DNA of 64,000 bases from Planctomycetota bacterium (GCA_016209685.1 JACQVQ010000013.1:102341-166340); one strand, 5' to 3'; shown: positions 27,308-36,593, counted from the first letter of the stretch. A program made the numbers and translations. The notes: generated by a model not told the origin, from the sequence alone.

Positions 27308-27855
27308 TATTGACCCTTTTGCTCTTCTTTATAAAGGGCCTCTAAAAGGGTTAACAGGAGTTTCCGGTTTGGTCCAAGGAGTGTTTGTTTGCACCTTTCC
27401 AGTGCCTCGTTCTCTTCCAGGTGACGGTCTATCCAGTAAGCTGGGTCCACCGGCACACCTCCGTAACCCCTGATTGTGGAAAGCTCTTCCACGTCTTTCT
27501 GGGTGAGGTCCTGGAGTTTCTCAGGCTGGGCCTCAAAGTGTCTTCTAAAGTTTTCAGGAAGGATGGACAGGTCCAGGGGCTCACCGGCGGCACGTACGAC
27601 CTTTTTCGGAGGCCCTGGGGCAATACGGTCAAGGGGACTCGGAGGGTAACCCCTGTCATCGTCCATGAGGTAGTCAAGGGTGACGCAAAATATCCTGGAC
27701 AGCTTCATGGCGGACTCGCCCTTGGGCTTACGGTTTAACTTCTCAAAGGCCTGATAAGTAGAGATAGGGATATTGGCCCTGCGTGCCGCCTCGGAGCGGT
27801 TCCACCCCTTCTCTGCCCTAAGGTGCATGAGTTTTTCAGATATGGTGATTGCCAT
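27307..27855 (-). CDS. XRE-family helix-turn-helix transcriptional regulator
   Basis: 182-aa ORF; N-terminal HTH_3 pattern LMHLRAEKGWNRSEAARRANIPISTYQAFE. Confidence 0.8.
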   Translation of the reverse strand: MAITISEKLMHLRAEKGWNRSEAARRANIPISTYQAFEKLNRKPKGESAMKLSRIFCVTLDYLMDDDRGYPPSPLDRIAPGPPKKVVRAAGEPLDLSILPENFRRHFEAQPEKLQDLTQKDVEELSTIRGYGGVPVDPAYWIDRHLEENEALERCKQTLLGPNRKLLLTLLEALYKEEQKGQ

Positions 27856-27933
27856 TGCTTAACTAGTAAAATATGTTGTGGCAAAAGTCAACAAAAATAT
27901 CCTGTTAAGTTTCTAATCTAACGGTGGTTAGAC

Positions 27934-27962
27934 AGTGGGGCGTATTTCAATACGCCCCTACT
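27934..27962. repeat. REP-like palindrome AGTGGGGCGTATTTCAATACGCCCCTACT
   Basis: Same stem as the 8849/23641 copies, with a degenerate left GTAG. Confidence 0.75.
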
Positions 27963-27967
27963 GACTT

Positions 27968-28669
27968 TTACGTCTTAGCGAAGGTCTTTTCCTTTTTTGA
28001 TGGGAGTCCGCCTAAGACGGATGCCACTTTTGGTACCTTCTCCCAGTCGGCCAGGAAACGTTTGATACCGGCATCCGTCAGGGGGTGTTGTACTAACTTT
28101 TCAAATACCTCAAAGGGGATGGTGGCCACGTCGGCCCCCATCATGGCGGCGTCTCTGACGTGTATCGGGTTGCGTATGCTGGCCACAATGATTTGGGTCT
28201 TGTAACCGTAGTTGTCGTAGATAGTGCGGATTTCCTCTATCAGGGGCATCCCGGCTTGCCCTACGTCGTCCAGCCTCCCGACAAAGGGGCTGACGTAAGT
28301 ACCCCCTGCCTTAGCTACCAATAGGGCCTGGTTGGGGGAGAAACATAGGGTCATATTGGTCTTGATGCCTTCGGAGGAGAGCACCCTTACGGCCTTGAGT
28401 CCATCCTTTACGATGGGCACCTTTACCACCACGTTCTTTGCTATCCTGGAGAGTTCCCTGGCCTCCTTGATAATCTCGTCCGCCTTGAGGCTCACGGCCT
28501 CCACGCTCACCGGCCCCTCCACTATGGAGCATATCTCCTCCACGCACTCCCGCCAGGGCCTGCCGGTCTTGGATACGAGCGTGGGGTTGGTGGTAACACC
28601 GTCCAGGATGCCCAGACTGTGGGCTTCTCTAATCTCCTTCACGTCCGCTGTATCTATAAAAAATTTCAT
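27968..28669 (-). CDS. tal: transaldolase / fructose-6-phosphate aldolase (short type)
   Basis: 233-aa [18 protein letters not shown]...GVTTNPTL...VVKVP. The last ~20 codons run through a CCGCC hairpin repeat (C-terminal extension). Confidence 0.9.
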   Translation of the reverse strand: MKFFIDTADVKEIREAHSLGILDGVTTNPTLVSKTGRPWRECVEEICSIVEGPVSVEAVSLKADEIIKEARELSRIAKNVVVKVPIVKDGLKAVRVLSSEGIKTNMTLCFSPNQALLVAKAGGTYVSPFVGRLDDVGQAGMPLIEEIRTIYDNYGYKTQIIVASIRNPIHVRDAAMMGADVATIPFEVFEKLVQHPLTDAGIKRFLADWEKVPKVASVLGGLPSKKEKTFAKT

Positions 28670-28786
28670 CTTCCGTCCTCCCTAATCTTTTGCAAGTGTA
28701 GCGTGCGACCTCGTGTCGCACGATTCTTAACTGCCCATTTAGAACGTGTGAGACAAGCTCACACGCTACTTCCGTCCTCCCTAATC
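28670..28786. repeat. REPIN-like doublet (28698-28769) bracketed by an 18-bp direct duplication containing the tal SD
   Basis: CTTCCGTCCTCCCTAATC at 28670-28687 and 28769-28786. Between them: GTAGCGTGCGAC-CTC-GTGTCGCACG...CGTGTGAG-ACAAG-CTCACACGCTAC. Confidence 0.85.
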
Positions 28787-29786
28787 ATTTACAGAGTTTA
28801 AAGACCAGTGTCTCCAGGAGGAGCCTGGTGTCCGTGCTATTGGTCTTACTATGTATATCCGTTTCCAACAGAAATTGGTAGTCCCTTTCTAATTCCACCT
28901 CCGAAAAGAGTTGTGTCTGATTCACTAACTCTTCCAGGAAACGAGAGTAACGGATGTTCAACTCCCGGGCTACGGTCTCTCTGTCTTTACCGCTGGCCAA
29001 GATACGCTTGGCCTGCAGGAGCCTTTTCATCTGCCAGGCCATGGGGGGAATGACCTTTTGGGCCTCCTCCCCGGACTTCATGAGTGCCATCAACTGGTGG
29101 AGTACCTTCAGGGCAAGGGCTGTATCCCTCCTGGCCACTGCCCCGGTGAAATCAAAGACCTTCTGCTGACGGTCGTAGCCCACGAGTTCTTCCACGTCGC
29201 TTACTTCTATCCTCGTGCGGCTGCCCAGGTAGAGGGCAAGCTTCTCTATATGGCCGTCCAGCAACAAGAGATTATCACCCACATTTTCTTGTAAAATGCG
29301 GGAGGCGTCAAGGCTAATCTGCTTACCATAGTGCCGCACCCTCTCTAGAATCCAGGGCGTGAGTTCATTCCCCTTTAATCTCCTGCAATCAACACTGCCT
29401 CCTTTTTTCTTTATCTTATCGTATGCCCCACCCTTGGTGTCCACGTCTTTACAGACCAGTACCAGGACGCAATCCGTTGGCGGAGAAGATATATACCGCT
29501 CCCACACCCCACTGCTTTCCTTAAACAATCCATCGGCGTTATATACTAGTACTAATTTTCTACTGCCGCTTGCAAAGAGGGAGGGCGTCCTCACCTCCTC
29601 CATCACTGTAGACAGAGAGGTCATTTCACCATCCGTCTCCACCAGGCCGGTGTCATCACCCTCCAGTGTGCGGGATTTGATAAGGGAAATGGCCTCCTTT
29701 ACGAAGAACCCCTCCTCCCCGTGTATAAGGTACAGGGACAGGAGTTTCTCCCTCTGGAAATGGTTTTTAAAGTGCAGAAAGTCCAT
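28785..29786 (-). CDS. holA: DNA polymerase III delta subunit
   Basis: 333-aa ORF; ...LYLIHGEEGFF... N-terminus and the leuS-proximal position typical of holA. Confidence 0.7.
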   Translation of the reverse strand: MDFLHFKNHFQREKLLSLYLIHGEEGFFVKEAISLIKSRTLEGDDTGLVETDGEMTSLSTVMEEVRTPSLFASGSRKLVLVYNADGLFKESSGVWERYISSPPTDCVLVLVCKDVDTKGGAYDKIKKKGGSVDCRRLKGNELTPWILERVRHYGKQISLDASRILQENVGDNLLLLDGHIEKLALYLGSRTRIEVSDVEELVGYDRQQKVFDFTGAVARRDTALALKVLHQLMALMKSGEEAQKVIPPMAWQMKRLLQAKRILASGKDRETVARELNIRYSRFLEELVNQTQLFSEVELERDYQFLLETDIHSKTNSTDTRLLLETLVFKLCK

Positions 29787-29800
29787 GTCTTATTTGTATA

Positions 29801-29922
29801 TTGAATCCTCTGAAAAACCCGACGGACCTGTCCCGCCATAGGCGGATTTTCAACATTCTGAGGGAGCGAAGCGACCGAAGAATCTCTTAAAAGCCAGATT
29901 CTTCGCTTCGCTCAGAATGACA
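29801..29922. mobile_element. MITE-like element B (right end missing)
   Basis: Left end TTGAATCCTCTGAAAAACCC, internal CATTCTGAGGGAGCGAAGCGACCGAAGAATC / GATTCTTCGCTTCGCTCAGAATGAC. No right TIR before the leuS-end remnant. Confidence 0.6.
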
Positions 29923-29936
29923 GGTAGCAGGTTCAT

Positions 29937-30057
29937 CTACCTCACCACAATATTCATCAACTTCTTCGGCACCAGGATTATATTCACCACCTTCTTCCCG
30001 TCCAGGAATTTCTTTACGCCCTCTTCTTCCAGCACCTTGGCCTTGAGTTTTTCTTCC
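29937..30057 (-). pseudogene. diverged duplicate of the last ~40 codons of leuS
   Basis: Aligns to 30570-30691. Translation EKLKAKVLEEEGVKKFLDGKKVVNIILVPKKLMNIVVR* (own TAG) vs real ...EEVKARALEDENVKKFLDGKKVVNIILVPRKLVNIVVR*; 48 central nt are identical. Confidence 0.8.
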
Positions 30058-30078
30058 TTTAGACTTCTTTATTTATAA

Positions 30079-30231
30079 TTTGAGACCTCTGAAAAACCCA
30101 GCTCATTGTCCCGCCTGAGGCAGAAAGAATCTCTAATCCGAAATGTCACCCTGAGCGAAGCGAAGGGGCTAGATTCTTCGCTTCGCTCAGAATGACACAT
30201 TGCGATGCCGTGGCTTTTTCAGAAGTCTCTA
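30079..30231. mobile_element. MITE-like element C (complete)
   Basis: TIRs TTTGAGACCTCTGAAAAACC (left) and GGCTTTTTCAGAAGTCTCT (right, 17/19 complementary), internal GTCACCCTGAGCGAAGCGAAGGGG / GATTCTTCGCTTCGCTCAGAATGAC hairpin. Confidence 0.75.
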
Positions 30232-30240
30232 TCTCTTCTT

Positions 30241-30558
30241 TTAGACATAGATTAGATTCTGCTCAATATCTTCAGCGATGTGCTCATACCTTGGGTTTTT
30301 GTAACTACTCTTTAAACAATCAAAAGTTGCCACATCTACCTTTACTTTATTTAGTACCTCCTCCAGATAGTATGCAAGGTCTACAAAATCGAGCCCTAAA
30401 GGTTTTTTGAGTTCTACGAGGATGTCTACATCGCTTCCCTTTCGTTGCAAGCCTTTTGCGAAAGAATCAAAAATGGCAATCTTTTCTACCCCGTATCTTT
30501 CTCTTAAATACGGAAGCTCTCTTCTTAGGATATCAACAATTTTCTCTTTTGTAAGCAT
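30241..30558 (-). CDS. MNT-type nucleotidyltransferase (orphan, no HEPN partner seen)
   Basis: 105-aa ORF starting 11 nt after the leuS stop, with SD AAGGA..GAGG; FDSFAKGLQRKGSDVDILV is the NTase GS...DxD motif. Confidence 0.8.
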   Translation of the reverse strand: MLTKEKIVDILRRELPYLRERYGVEKIAIFDSFAKGLQRKGSDVDILVELKKPLGLDFVDLAYYLEEVLNKVKVDVATFDCLKSSYKNPRYEHIAEDIEQNLIYV

Positions 30559-30569
30559 CCTCAGTCCTT

Positions 30570-33113
30570 TTACCTCACCACAATATTTACCAGCTTCCTG
30601 GGTACCAGGATTATATTCACCACCTTCTTCCCGTCCAGGAATTTCTTTACGTTCTCGTCCTCTAATGCCCTGGCCTTAACCTCCTCCTCCTGGAGGTCTA
30701 CCGGGACCATCAGGTGTCCCCTGACCTTGCCGTTTACCTGGACTACCAACTCTATTTCTCCTACCTTAATGGCCTCAGGGTCGTAGGTGGGACGTGGTTG
30801 TTCAAAGAGACTGGGCTTGTTACCTAAGACCTGCCAGAGTTCCTCGCAGATGTGTGGCACAAAGGGGGCCAGGAGTAACGTAATAGACTCCAGGGAGTGG
30901 CGGAGGACCTGTAGAGAGAGGATGTTCTCTGTCAGACTTGCCTCACTCACTGACGCTCTGGGTCTAAATTTCTCCACCTGGTTAAAGAGTTCCATTACGG
31001 AAGCAATGGCGGTGTTAAAATGCCAGGAGGTCTCTATGTCCTCAGAGACCTTTTTTATGGTAAGGTGGGTGGCCCTGTAAAGATGCCTGGCCTCCTCAGG
31101 GAGTTGAGAGGTTTTAGTCTTTGTTCCTGGCAGGTTACTGAGTTTTGCTGCCTCCTCTGCTACCTTTTGCCAGAGGCGGTTGAGGAAACGGGAACTGCCG
31201 ACTACTGCCCTGTCGCTCCACTCGGCGTCCTTCTCTGGAGGCCCGATGAAGAGGATATAAAGCCTGAGGGTATCTGCCCCGTACTTTTTGATAATATCCT
31301 CCGGGCTTACCACATTGCCCCTGGACTTGGACATCTTGGCGCCGTCCTTGATTATCATCCCCTGGGTGAAGAGGTTCTTAATGGGCTCCTGGAATTTCAC
31401 GCAGCCCATATCGCAAAGCACCTTTGTTATGAACCTGCAATAGAGGAGGTGCAGTATGGCATGTTCCACTCCACCTATATATTGGTCCACCGGGAGCCAT
31501 CGGTTCACAAGCTCGCTATCAAAGGGTCTATTAGAATCCCTGGGCGATAGATACCTGAGATAGTACCACCCCGAGTCCACAAAGGTGTCCATAGTATCCA
31601 CCTCCCTCCGTGCCTCCCCCTGACATCTTGGACAAGGCGTGCGGAAGAACTCCTCCACCTCTGCCAGTGGACTCTGACTGGAGTGTCTCAGTTTCTTAAC
31701 AGGGGGCAGGAGTACAGGCAGGGCCTCTTCGGGTACTGGGACTATGCCACAGGCGTTGCAATATATTATGGGTATGGGCGCCCCCCAGTACCTCTGGCGG
31801 GATATGAGCCAATCCCTCAGGCGGTAATTTGTGGAGGGGACGCCCAGTTTTTTCTCTTTTAGATATTCAATTATCTTTGGGATTGCCTCCCGATTAGGTA
31901 GACCGCTAAATGGCCCGGAGTCTACCTGGGTGCCATCTCCAGTATAGGCCTCCTTCATAGCCTCGGGTCTCAGTGTCTCCCCTTCGGGCTGAATCACCAC
32001 CCTGACGGGTAGGTTGTAGGCCCTGGCGAACTCAAAGTCCCTCTGGTCATGGGCAGGTACGGCCATCACCGCCCCTGTGCCGTATTCCATCAGGGCATAG
32101 TTGGCTATCCAGAGGGGTACCTCCTCGTTAGTTACAGGGTTTATGACATGGAGACCCATGAAGACCCCCTCCTTGGGTGCGCCTGCGGCGGAGCGCTGTA
32201 TGAGGTTCTCGTTCCTGGCCTTTTCTACGAAGGAGAGTATATCGTCCCTCCTGGGATTATTCTCCACCAGTAACTTAATGATAGGATGCTCAGGGGCGAG
32301 GACCATAAAGGTAACGCCGAAGAGGGTATCTGGTCTGGTGGTGAAGCAGGTCAGCGTAGGGGCAGGTTTCAAACCTGCCCCCTCAGATGGGAGTGGCCCT
32401 GCCACTCTAAAATCTATCCTGGCCCCTTCACTCTTACCAATCCAGTTCCTCTGCATCACCTTCACCCTCTCTGGCCATCCCTTCAGGAGTTCCAGGTCGT
32501 CCAGTAGCCTCTGGGCATAATCGGTAATCTTGAAGAACCACTGTTCTAAATCCTTTTGCTTGACGGGGGTATCACACCGCTCGCAGAGGCCGTCTATTAC
32601 CTGTTCATTGGCCAGGACGGTAGAACAGGAGGGGCACCAGTTTACCGCCGCCTTTTTCTTATAGGCCAGCCCTCTCTCATAGAGTTGGAGGAATATCCAC
32701 TGGGTCCACTTGTAATACTCAGGGTCGCAGGCGGCCACCTCCCGGTCCCAGTCGTAACCTGTACCCCAGTGGAGGAGCTGGTTCTTCATGGCCGCTATGT
32801 TTCTATAGGTAAGTTCGGCAGGGTGACAACCCTCCTTTATGGCGGCATTCTCTGCCGGCAGCCCAAAGGCGTCCCACCCCATCGGGGTAAGGACGTTGTA
32901 GCCCTTCATGAGCTTATAGCGTACCACCACGTCCCCGAGGATATAGTTCCTTGCGTGCCCCACGTGGAGTGTCCCCGAAGGATAAGGGAACATCACCAGG
33001 CAGTAGAACTTCTCTTTGGAAGAGTCCTCCTCTATTTTAAAGAGCCCCCGGCGGTTCCAGTACTCCTGCCATTTAGGCTCAATCTCCCAGAACTTGTACT
33101 TATTATCTTCCAA
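30570..33113 (-). CDS. leuS: leucyl-tRNA synthetase
   Basis: 847-aa ORF; HIGH-type motif LHVGHARNY, KMSKS motif GAKMSKSRGN, TTRPDT editing-domain motif. REP-like 29-nt element in-frame at 32356-32384. Confidence 0.97.
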   Translation of the reverse strand: MEDNKYKFWEIEPKWQEYWNRRGLFKIEEDSSKEKFYCLVMFPYPSGTLHVGHARNYILGDVVVRYKLMKGYNVLTPMGWDAFGLPAENAAIKEGCHPAELTYRNIAAMKNQLLHWGTGYDWDREVAACDPEYYKWTQWIFLQLYERGLAYKKKAAVNWCPSCSTVLANEQVIDGLCERCDTPVKQKDLEQWFFKITDYAQRLLDDLELLKGWPERVKVMQRNWIGKSEGARIDFRVAGPLPSEGAGLKPAPTLTCFTTRPDTLFGVTFMVLAPEHPIIKLLVENNPRRDDILSFVEKARNENLIQRSAAGAPKEGVFMGLHVINPVTNEEVPLWIANYALMEYGTGAVMAVPAHDQRDFEFARAYNLPVRVVIQPEGETLRPEAMKEAYTGDGTQVDSGPFSGLPNREAIPKIIEYLKEKKLGVPSTNYRLRDWLISRQRYWGAPIPIIYCNACGIVPVPEEALPVLLPPVKKLRHSSQSPLAEVEEFFRTPCPRCQGEARREVDTMDTFVDSGWYYLRYLSPRDSNRPFDSELVNRWLPVDQYIGGVEHAILHLLYCRFITKVLCDMGCVKFQEPIKNLFTQGMIIKDGAKMSKSRGNVVSPEDIIKKYGADTLRLYILFIGPPEKDAEWSDRAVVGSSRFLNRLWQKVAEEAAKLSNLPGTKTKTSQLPEEARHLYRATHLTIKKVSEDIETSWHFNTAIASVMELFNQVEKFRPRASVSEASLTENILSLQVLRHSLESITLLLAPFVPHICEELWQVLGNKPSLFEQPRPTYDPEAIKVGEIELVVQVNGKVRGHLMVPVDLQEEEVKARALEDENVKKFLDGKKVVNIILVPRKLVNIVVR
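32356..32384. repeat. REP-like element inside leuS
   Basis: GTAGGGGCAGGTTTCAAACCTGCCCCCTC, read on the - strand as ...EGAGLKPAPT... just N-terminal of the conserved TTRPDT motif. Confidence 0.8.
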
Positions 33114-33929
33114 CGCCTTCTCTCCAATGCTTAAACGGTACGCCCCTTTTCCACGGTCCGCCCCTTCGCTTCGCTCAAGGGCAGGCTGAGGCGGAGGAGG
33201 AGACGCAATTTTAAATAATTATACCCGAAAATCAATCATATTACCTGTCCCCTCTTCGCCCCAGAATTGCCTTGACATCCATTACGGCTTCTGCTACTTT
33301 TGCCCCTGGCCTTTACTTTGGGAGGGGTGTTGTGTTCGGATGGACATCCGGTAGGGGATTCATCAGCCTTTTTGGCGCCTGGTCCGCCTCAGGCGGATAC
33401 CGCCTCAGATGGATTTCGCTGGTACTCCTTGTACCCTATCTCGCCCTTACGGTAGGGGCGGAGGGACTACACAGGTTCTCCTGCAGGCCCCATCATCATA
33501 ACCTTGCAGGGGCAGTCCACACCCATCCATCCCAGACAGACCAGTACCCCACGTCCGCCTCAGGCGGATTAAGGGCGCCATCGCCAGGACCACAGGCCCT
33601 GAACCGTTCTGGTTCAGGGCAGGGGGAAACCCATGACGCCGATAGCTGTATCCTGTGCCAGTGGTTGAAGTATTCACCCCAGGGTCTAACCCCAAGAGGT
33701 GTAAGCCTTGTCTTTACCTCAAGTGAATTTAGCGACAGTTTCCCTCACACACCATTCCAAATCCTCTCCCTGGACAAGAAACTCTCCAGGGCTCCCCCCG
33801 CTTAACCAGTAGACAGGAAAAGACTTTAGACTATAGACTAAAAAAGTCTGTAGTCCAAAGTCTATAGTCCATAGTCCCTGGCTACTATCTACTAGCTACT
33901 ATCTTCGTGGTCTTCTTGGGAGAAAAACC

Positions 33930-35435
33930 ATGTGGAAATTATTGCCTCTATTTTTAACGACGTTATTATCTTTTGGGAGTGCCCTCTTGTGGCCATATCC
34001 GCCTGGGGCGGATACCACCCTCCGCGCAGAGGAACGAGACGTAGATGAGGAGGTGCTTCGGCTCAGGGGAGAGATGTTGAAGATGAGGATGGATTACGAT
34101 AGTAAACTCCGCCAGATGGAGGAAAAACTCCAGAGACTGGAGGATTCCGGGGCAGGTAACCGCCCCTATGTTCGTACTGTGGCCATGGCCCCGGAGGAAA
34201 AGACCAAGATGGAGGAGGAACTGAAGGCCCTGATGGGGGAGAAGTCGCAGACCACCATTCCCCCGTCGGGGACGGCCATGCCCCCCACCCCGGCCTATCC
34301 CCACGTGGCAGAACGGGCCTACCCCGGTGGATTCCTACAGAGGCTGAGACCGGGTGTCTCCCAGACCTACAACCCCGATATAAGCGTCATCGGCGACTTC
34401 GTAGGCCAATCCTATCACCCTGGGAGGGGCCGCGGGGACTATAACTGGTCTGAAAATAGATATGGGAAGAACAGGGAGTTTGCCGACAGGTTTTCCCTGA
34501 GGGAGATAGAACTCGGCCTCCAGGCGGCCATAGACCCCTACGCCAGGGCCGACTTCTTCCTGGGGTTCCATGAGGGAGGGGTGGAGGTGGAGGAGGGCTA
34601 TATGACCCTCCTGACCCTGCCCAAGGGGTTTCAGGCCAAGATTGGTCAGTTTAAACCTGCCATCGGTAAGGTATCCCGCACGCACAGGCCAGAGACCCTT
34701 CAGGTAGACTATCCCCTTGTTATAAGAAATCTCTTCGGGGAGGAGGGTCTACGCGACCCGGGCGTCTCTGTCAGTTGGCTGGTTCCCAACCCCTGGGACA
34801 AATTCGTAGAGCTGACGGGAGAGGTACTAACTACCCGCGGTATGAACGAGCGTTACTATGTAACCCACCTGAAGAGCTTTTTTGACATTACTCCGAATTC
34901 TTCCTTTGAGGCAGGACTGACAGGTATAACCGGTCGCCACATCAAGACCAACTTTGAGGCCGGCACCAGCCGGCTCCGTGCCAACACGGTGGGCCTTGAC
35001 CTCACCTACCGTTGGAAGCCAATAACCCAAAAGGCGAATCCTTACAAGAGTTTCATCTGGCAGTCAGAGACCTACTTTACCCATCTGGATAACATAGACT
35101 TTCAGAGGAGAGACCCGAACACGGATGCGGTCCTCAGGACTAACAAAGAGGAAGACAGCTGGGGGGCCTTTACCTCTGCGGAGTACCAGTTAAGCAGGCG
35201 GAATTATGTGGGGCTAAGGCTGGACTACGCCCAGGCCCTGAGTAACCACAAGGACGATGAGTTGGCCGTAAGCCCCTACTGGACCTTCTGGCAGAGCGAC
35301 TTTGGCAGGTGGCGGCTCCAGTACACCCATACCCAGAGGAGGCTGAATTCCGTGAATCCCAGTCCTAGCAGTGATGACGCCATCATGCTCCAGACCACCT
35401 TTAGTATAGGTGCCCACAGGCCGCATCCCTTTTAG
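33930..35435 (+). CDS. putative outer-membrane beta-barrel (porin-like) protein upstream of znuACB
   Basis: 501-aa ORF; signal peptide, coiled-coil N-region, strand-rich remainder with alternating hydrophobic pattern, ending in aromatic ...HRPHPF. Confidence 0.55.
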   Translation: MWKLLPLFLTTLLSFGSALLWPYPPGADTTLRAEERDVDEEVLRLRGEMLKMRMDYDSKLRQMEEKLQRLEDSGAGNRPYVRTVAMAPEEKTKMEEELKALMGEKSQTTIPPSGTAMPPTPAYPHVAERAYPGGFLQRLRPGVSQTYNPDISVIGDFVGQSYHPGRGRGDYNWSENRYGKNREFADRFSLREIELGLQAAIDPYARADFFLGFHEGGVEVEEGYMTLLTLPKGFQAKIGQFKPAIGKVSRTHRPETLQVDYPLVIRNLFGEEGLRDPGVSVSWLVPNPWDKFVELTGEVLTTRGMNERYYVTHLKSFFDITPNSSFEAGLTGITGRHIKTNFEAGTSRLRANTVGLDLTYRWKPITQKANPYKSFIWQSETYFTHLDNIDFQRRDPNTDAVLRTNKEEDSWGAFTSAEYQLSRRNYVGLRLDYAQALSNHKDDELAVSPYWTFWQSDFGRWRLQYTHTQRRLNSVNPSPSSDDAIMLQTTFSIGAHRPHPF

Positions 35436-35482
35436 GGCATGAAAACAGGGGTATACAAGGGTTATAATTACAGTACCGTAAA

Positions 35483-35510
35483 GTAGGGGCACGTTACAAC
35501 GTACCCCTAC
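35483..35510. repeat. REP-like palindrome GTAGGGGCACGTTACAACGTACCCCTAC
   Basis: Between the OMP gene and znuA. Confidence 0.8.
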
Positions 35511-35533
35511 AAGGCATGAAAGGACATTCTCCC

Positions 35534-36496
35534 ATGAAGAAGAGATTTAAGGGCATCTTCTGGCTGACAATCTTAGGTCTGGCGTTAACCCTGCCCAGAC
35601 AGGTAGAGGCCAAGGTTAAGATAGTTACCACCTCTACAGACCTGGCCTCCATCGCTCGTCTTATCGGGGGCGATAAGGTAGAGGTGGAGAGCATAATCCA
35701 GGGCTACCAGAACCCACACTACGTAGACATCAAACCCAGCTACATGATAAAACTGCACAAGGCCGACATGTTTGTAAAGGTGGGCCTTGACTTGGAACTC
35801 TGGTCCCCGGTCATCGCAGAGGGGGCAAGGAACTCAAAAATCCTGGCAGGCGGCCCCGGATACGTGGATGCCTCCGTAGGGGCAGAGATAATGGAGATAC
35901 CCCAGGTAAAAATAACCCGTGAGCTTGGAGATATCCACATCTTCGGTAATCCACATTACTGGCTTGACCCCGAGAATGGCAAGGTCATAGCTGACAATAT
36001 CTTGCAGGGGCTAAAGAGGATAGCCCCCGAGGAACATGCCTATTTTGAGGAGAGGAAGGCAGAATTTGACAAAAAGATAGACGATCTCCTGCCCGGATGG
36101 CTTGAGAAGATGAGGCCCTACAAGGGCACCAAGGTGGTAACCTATCATAATAGCTGGCCCAATTTTCTGAACAGGTTCGGGCTGGTAGCGGTGGGGTACG
36201 TAGAACCCAAACCGGGGGTACCCCCCTCCCCTGCCCATGTGACCTCACTCATAGATAAGATAAGGCATGAGGGCGTAAAGGTGGTCATACAGGAGCCTTT
36301 TTACGAGACAAAGATATCCCAGTTTGTGGCCGATAAGTCCGGGGCAACACTGCTGATACTTACCCCCTCCGTCCTGGGGGCGGAAGGGGTTAATGACTAC
36401 TTTGGCCTCTTTGATTTCCTGATTAATAGCCTTATCAGTGCCTTTCAGGAGGCAGGGATAAAGCCTAACCCAGGCGGCGGAGCGCCTGGGCTATAA
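35534..36496 (+). CDS. znuA: periplasmic metal (Zn/Mn)-binding protein, ZnuA/TroA family
   Basis: ORF track starts 35516; the second ATG 35534 (MKKRFKGIFWL...) has an AAAGGA SD. ...IHIFGNPHYWLDP... and the operon with ABC ATPase and permease fit cluster-9 SBPs. Confidence 0.8.
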   Translation: MKKRFKGIFWLTILGLALTLPRQVEAKVKIVTTSTDLASIARLIGGDKVEVESIIQGYQNPHYVDIKPSYMIKLHKADMFVKVGLDLELWSPVIAEGARNSKILAGGPGYVDASVGAEIMEIPQVKITRELGDIHIFGNPHYWLDPENGKVIADNILQGLKRIAPEEHAYFEERKAEFDKKIDDLLPGWLEKMRPYKGTKVVTYHNSWPNFLNRFGLVAVGYVEPKPGVPPSPAHVTSLIDKIRHEGVKVVIQEPFYETKISQFVADKSGATLLILTPSVLGAEGVNDYFGLFDFLINSLISAFQEAGIKPNPGGGAPGL

Positions 36497-36593
36497 ACCT
36501 ATAGGGTTGGGGCTCTGTCCTCAACCCTGGGGACGTCCATTGACGTAGTCAATGTTGAAAATCCGCCTCAGGCGGGGACTCCAAAACAAAGGA

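Noticed and set aside
33272-33805. 177-aa ORF upstream of the OMP-znuACB cluster, with His-rich and CxxC segments (possible metal-related small protein)
   Set aside because: Large parts of the frame translate dispersed repeats: two CCGCC hairpins give SASGG twice, and a CTGAACC...GGTTCAG hairpin is also read through. There is no SD at the start and no family match, so I cannot support it as a gene. The 817-bp gap is better treated as a repeat-laden regulatory region.
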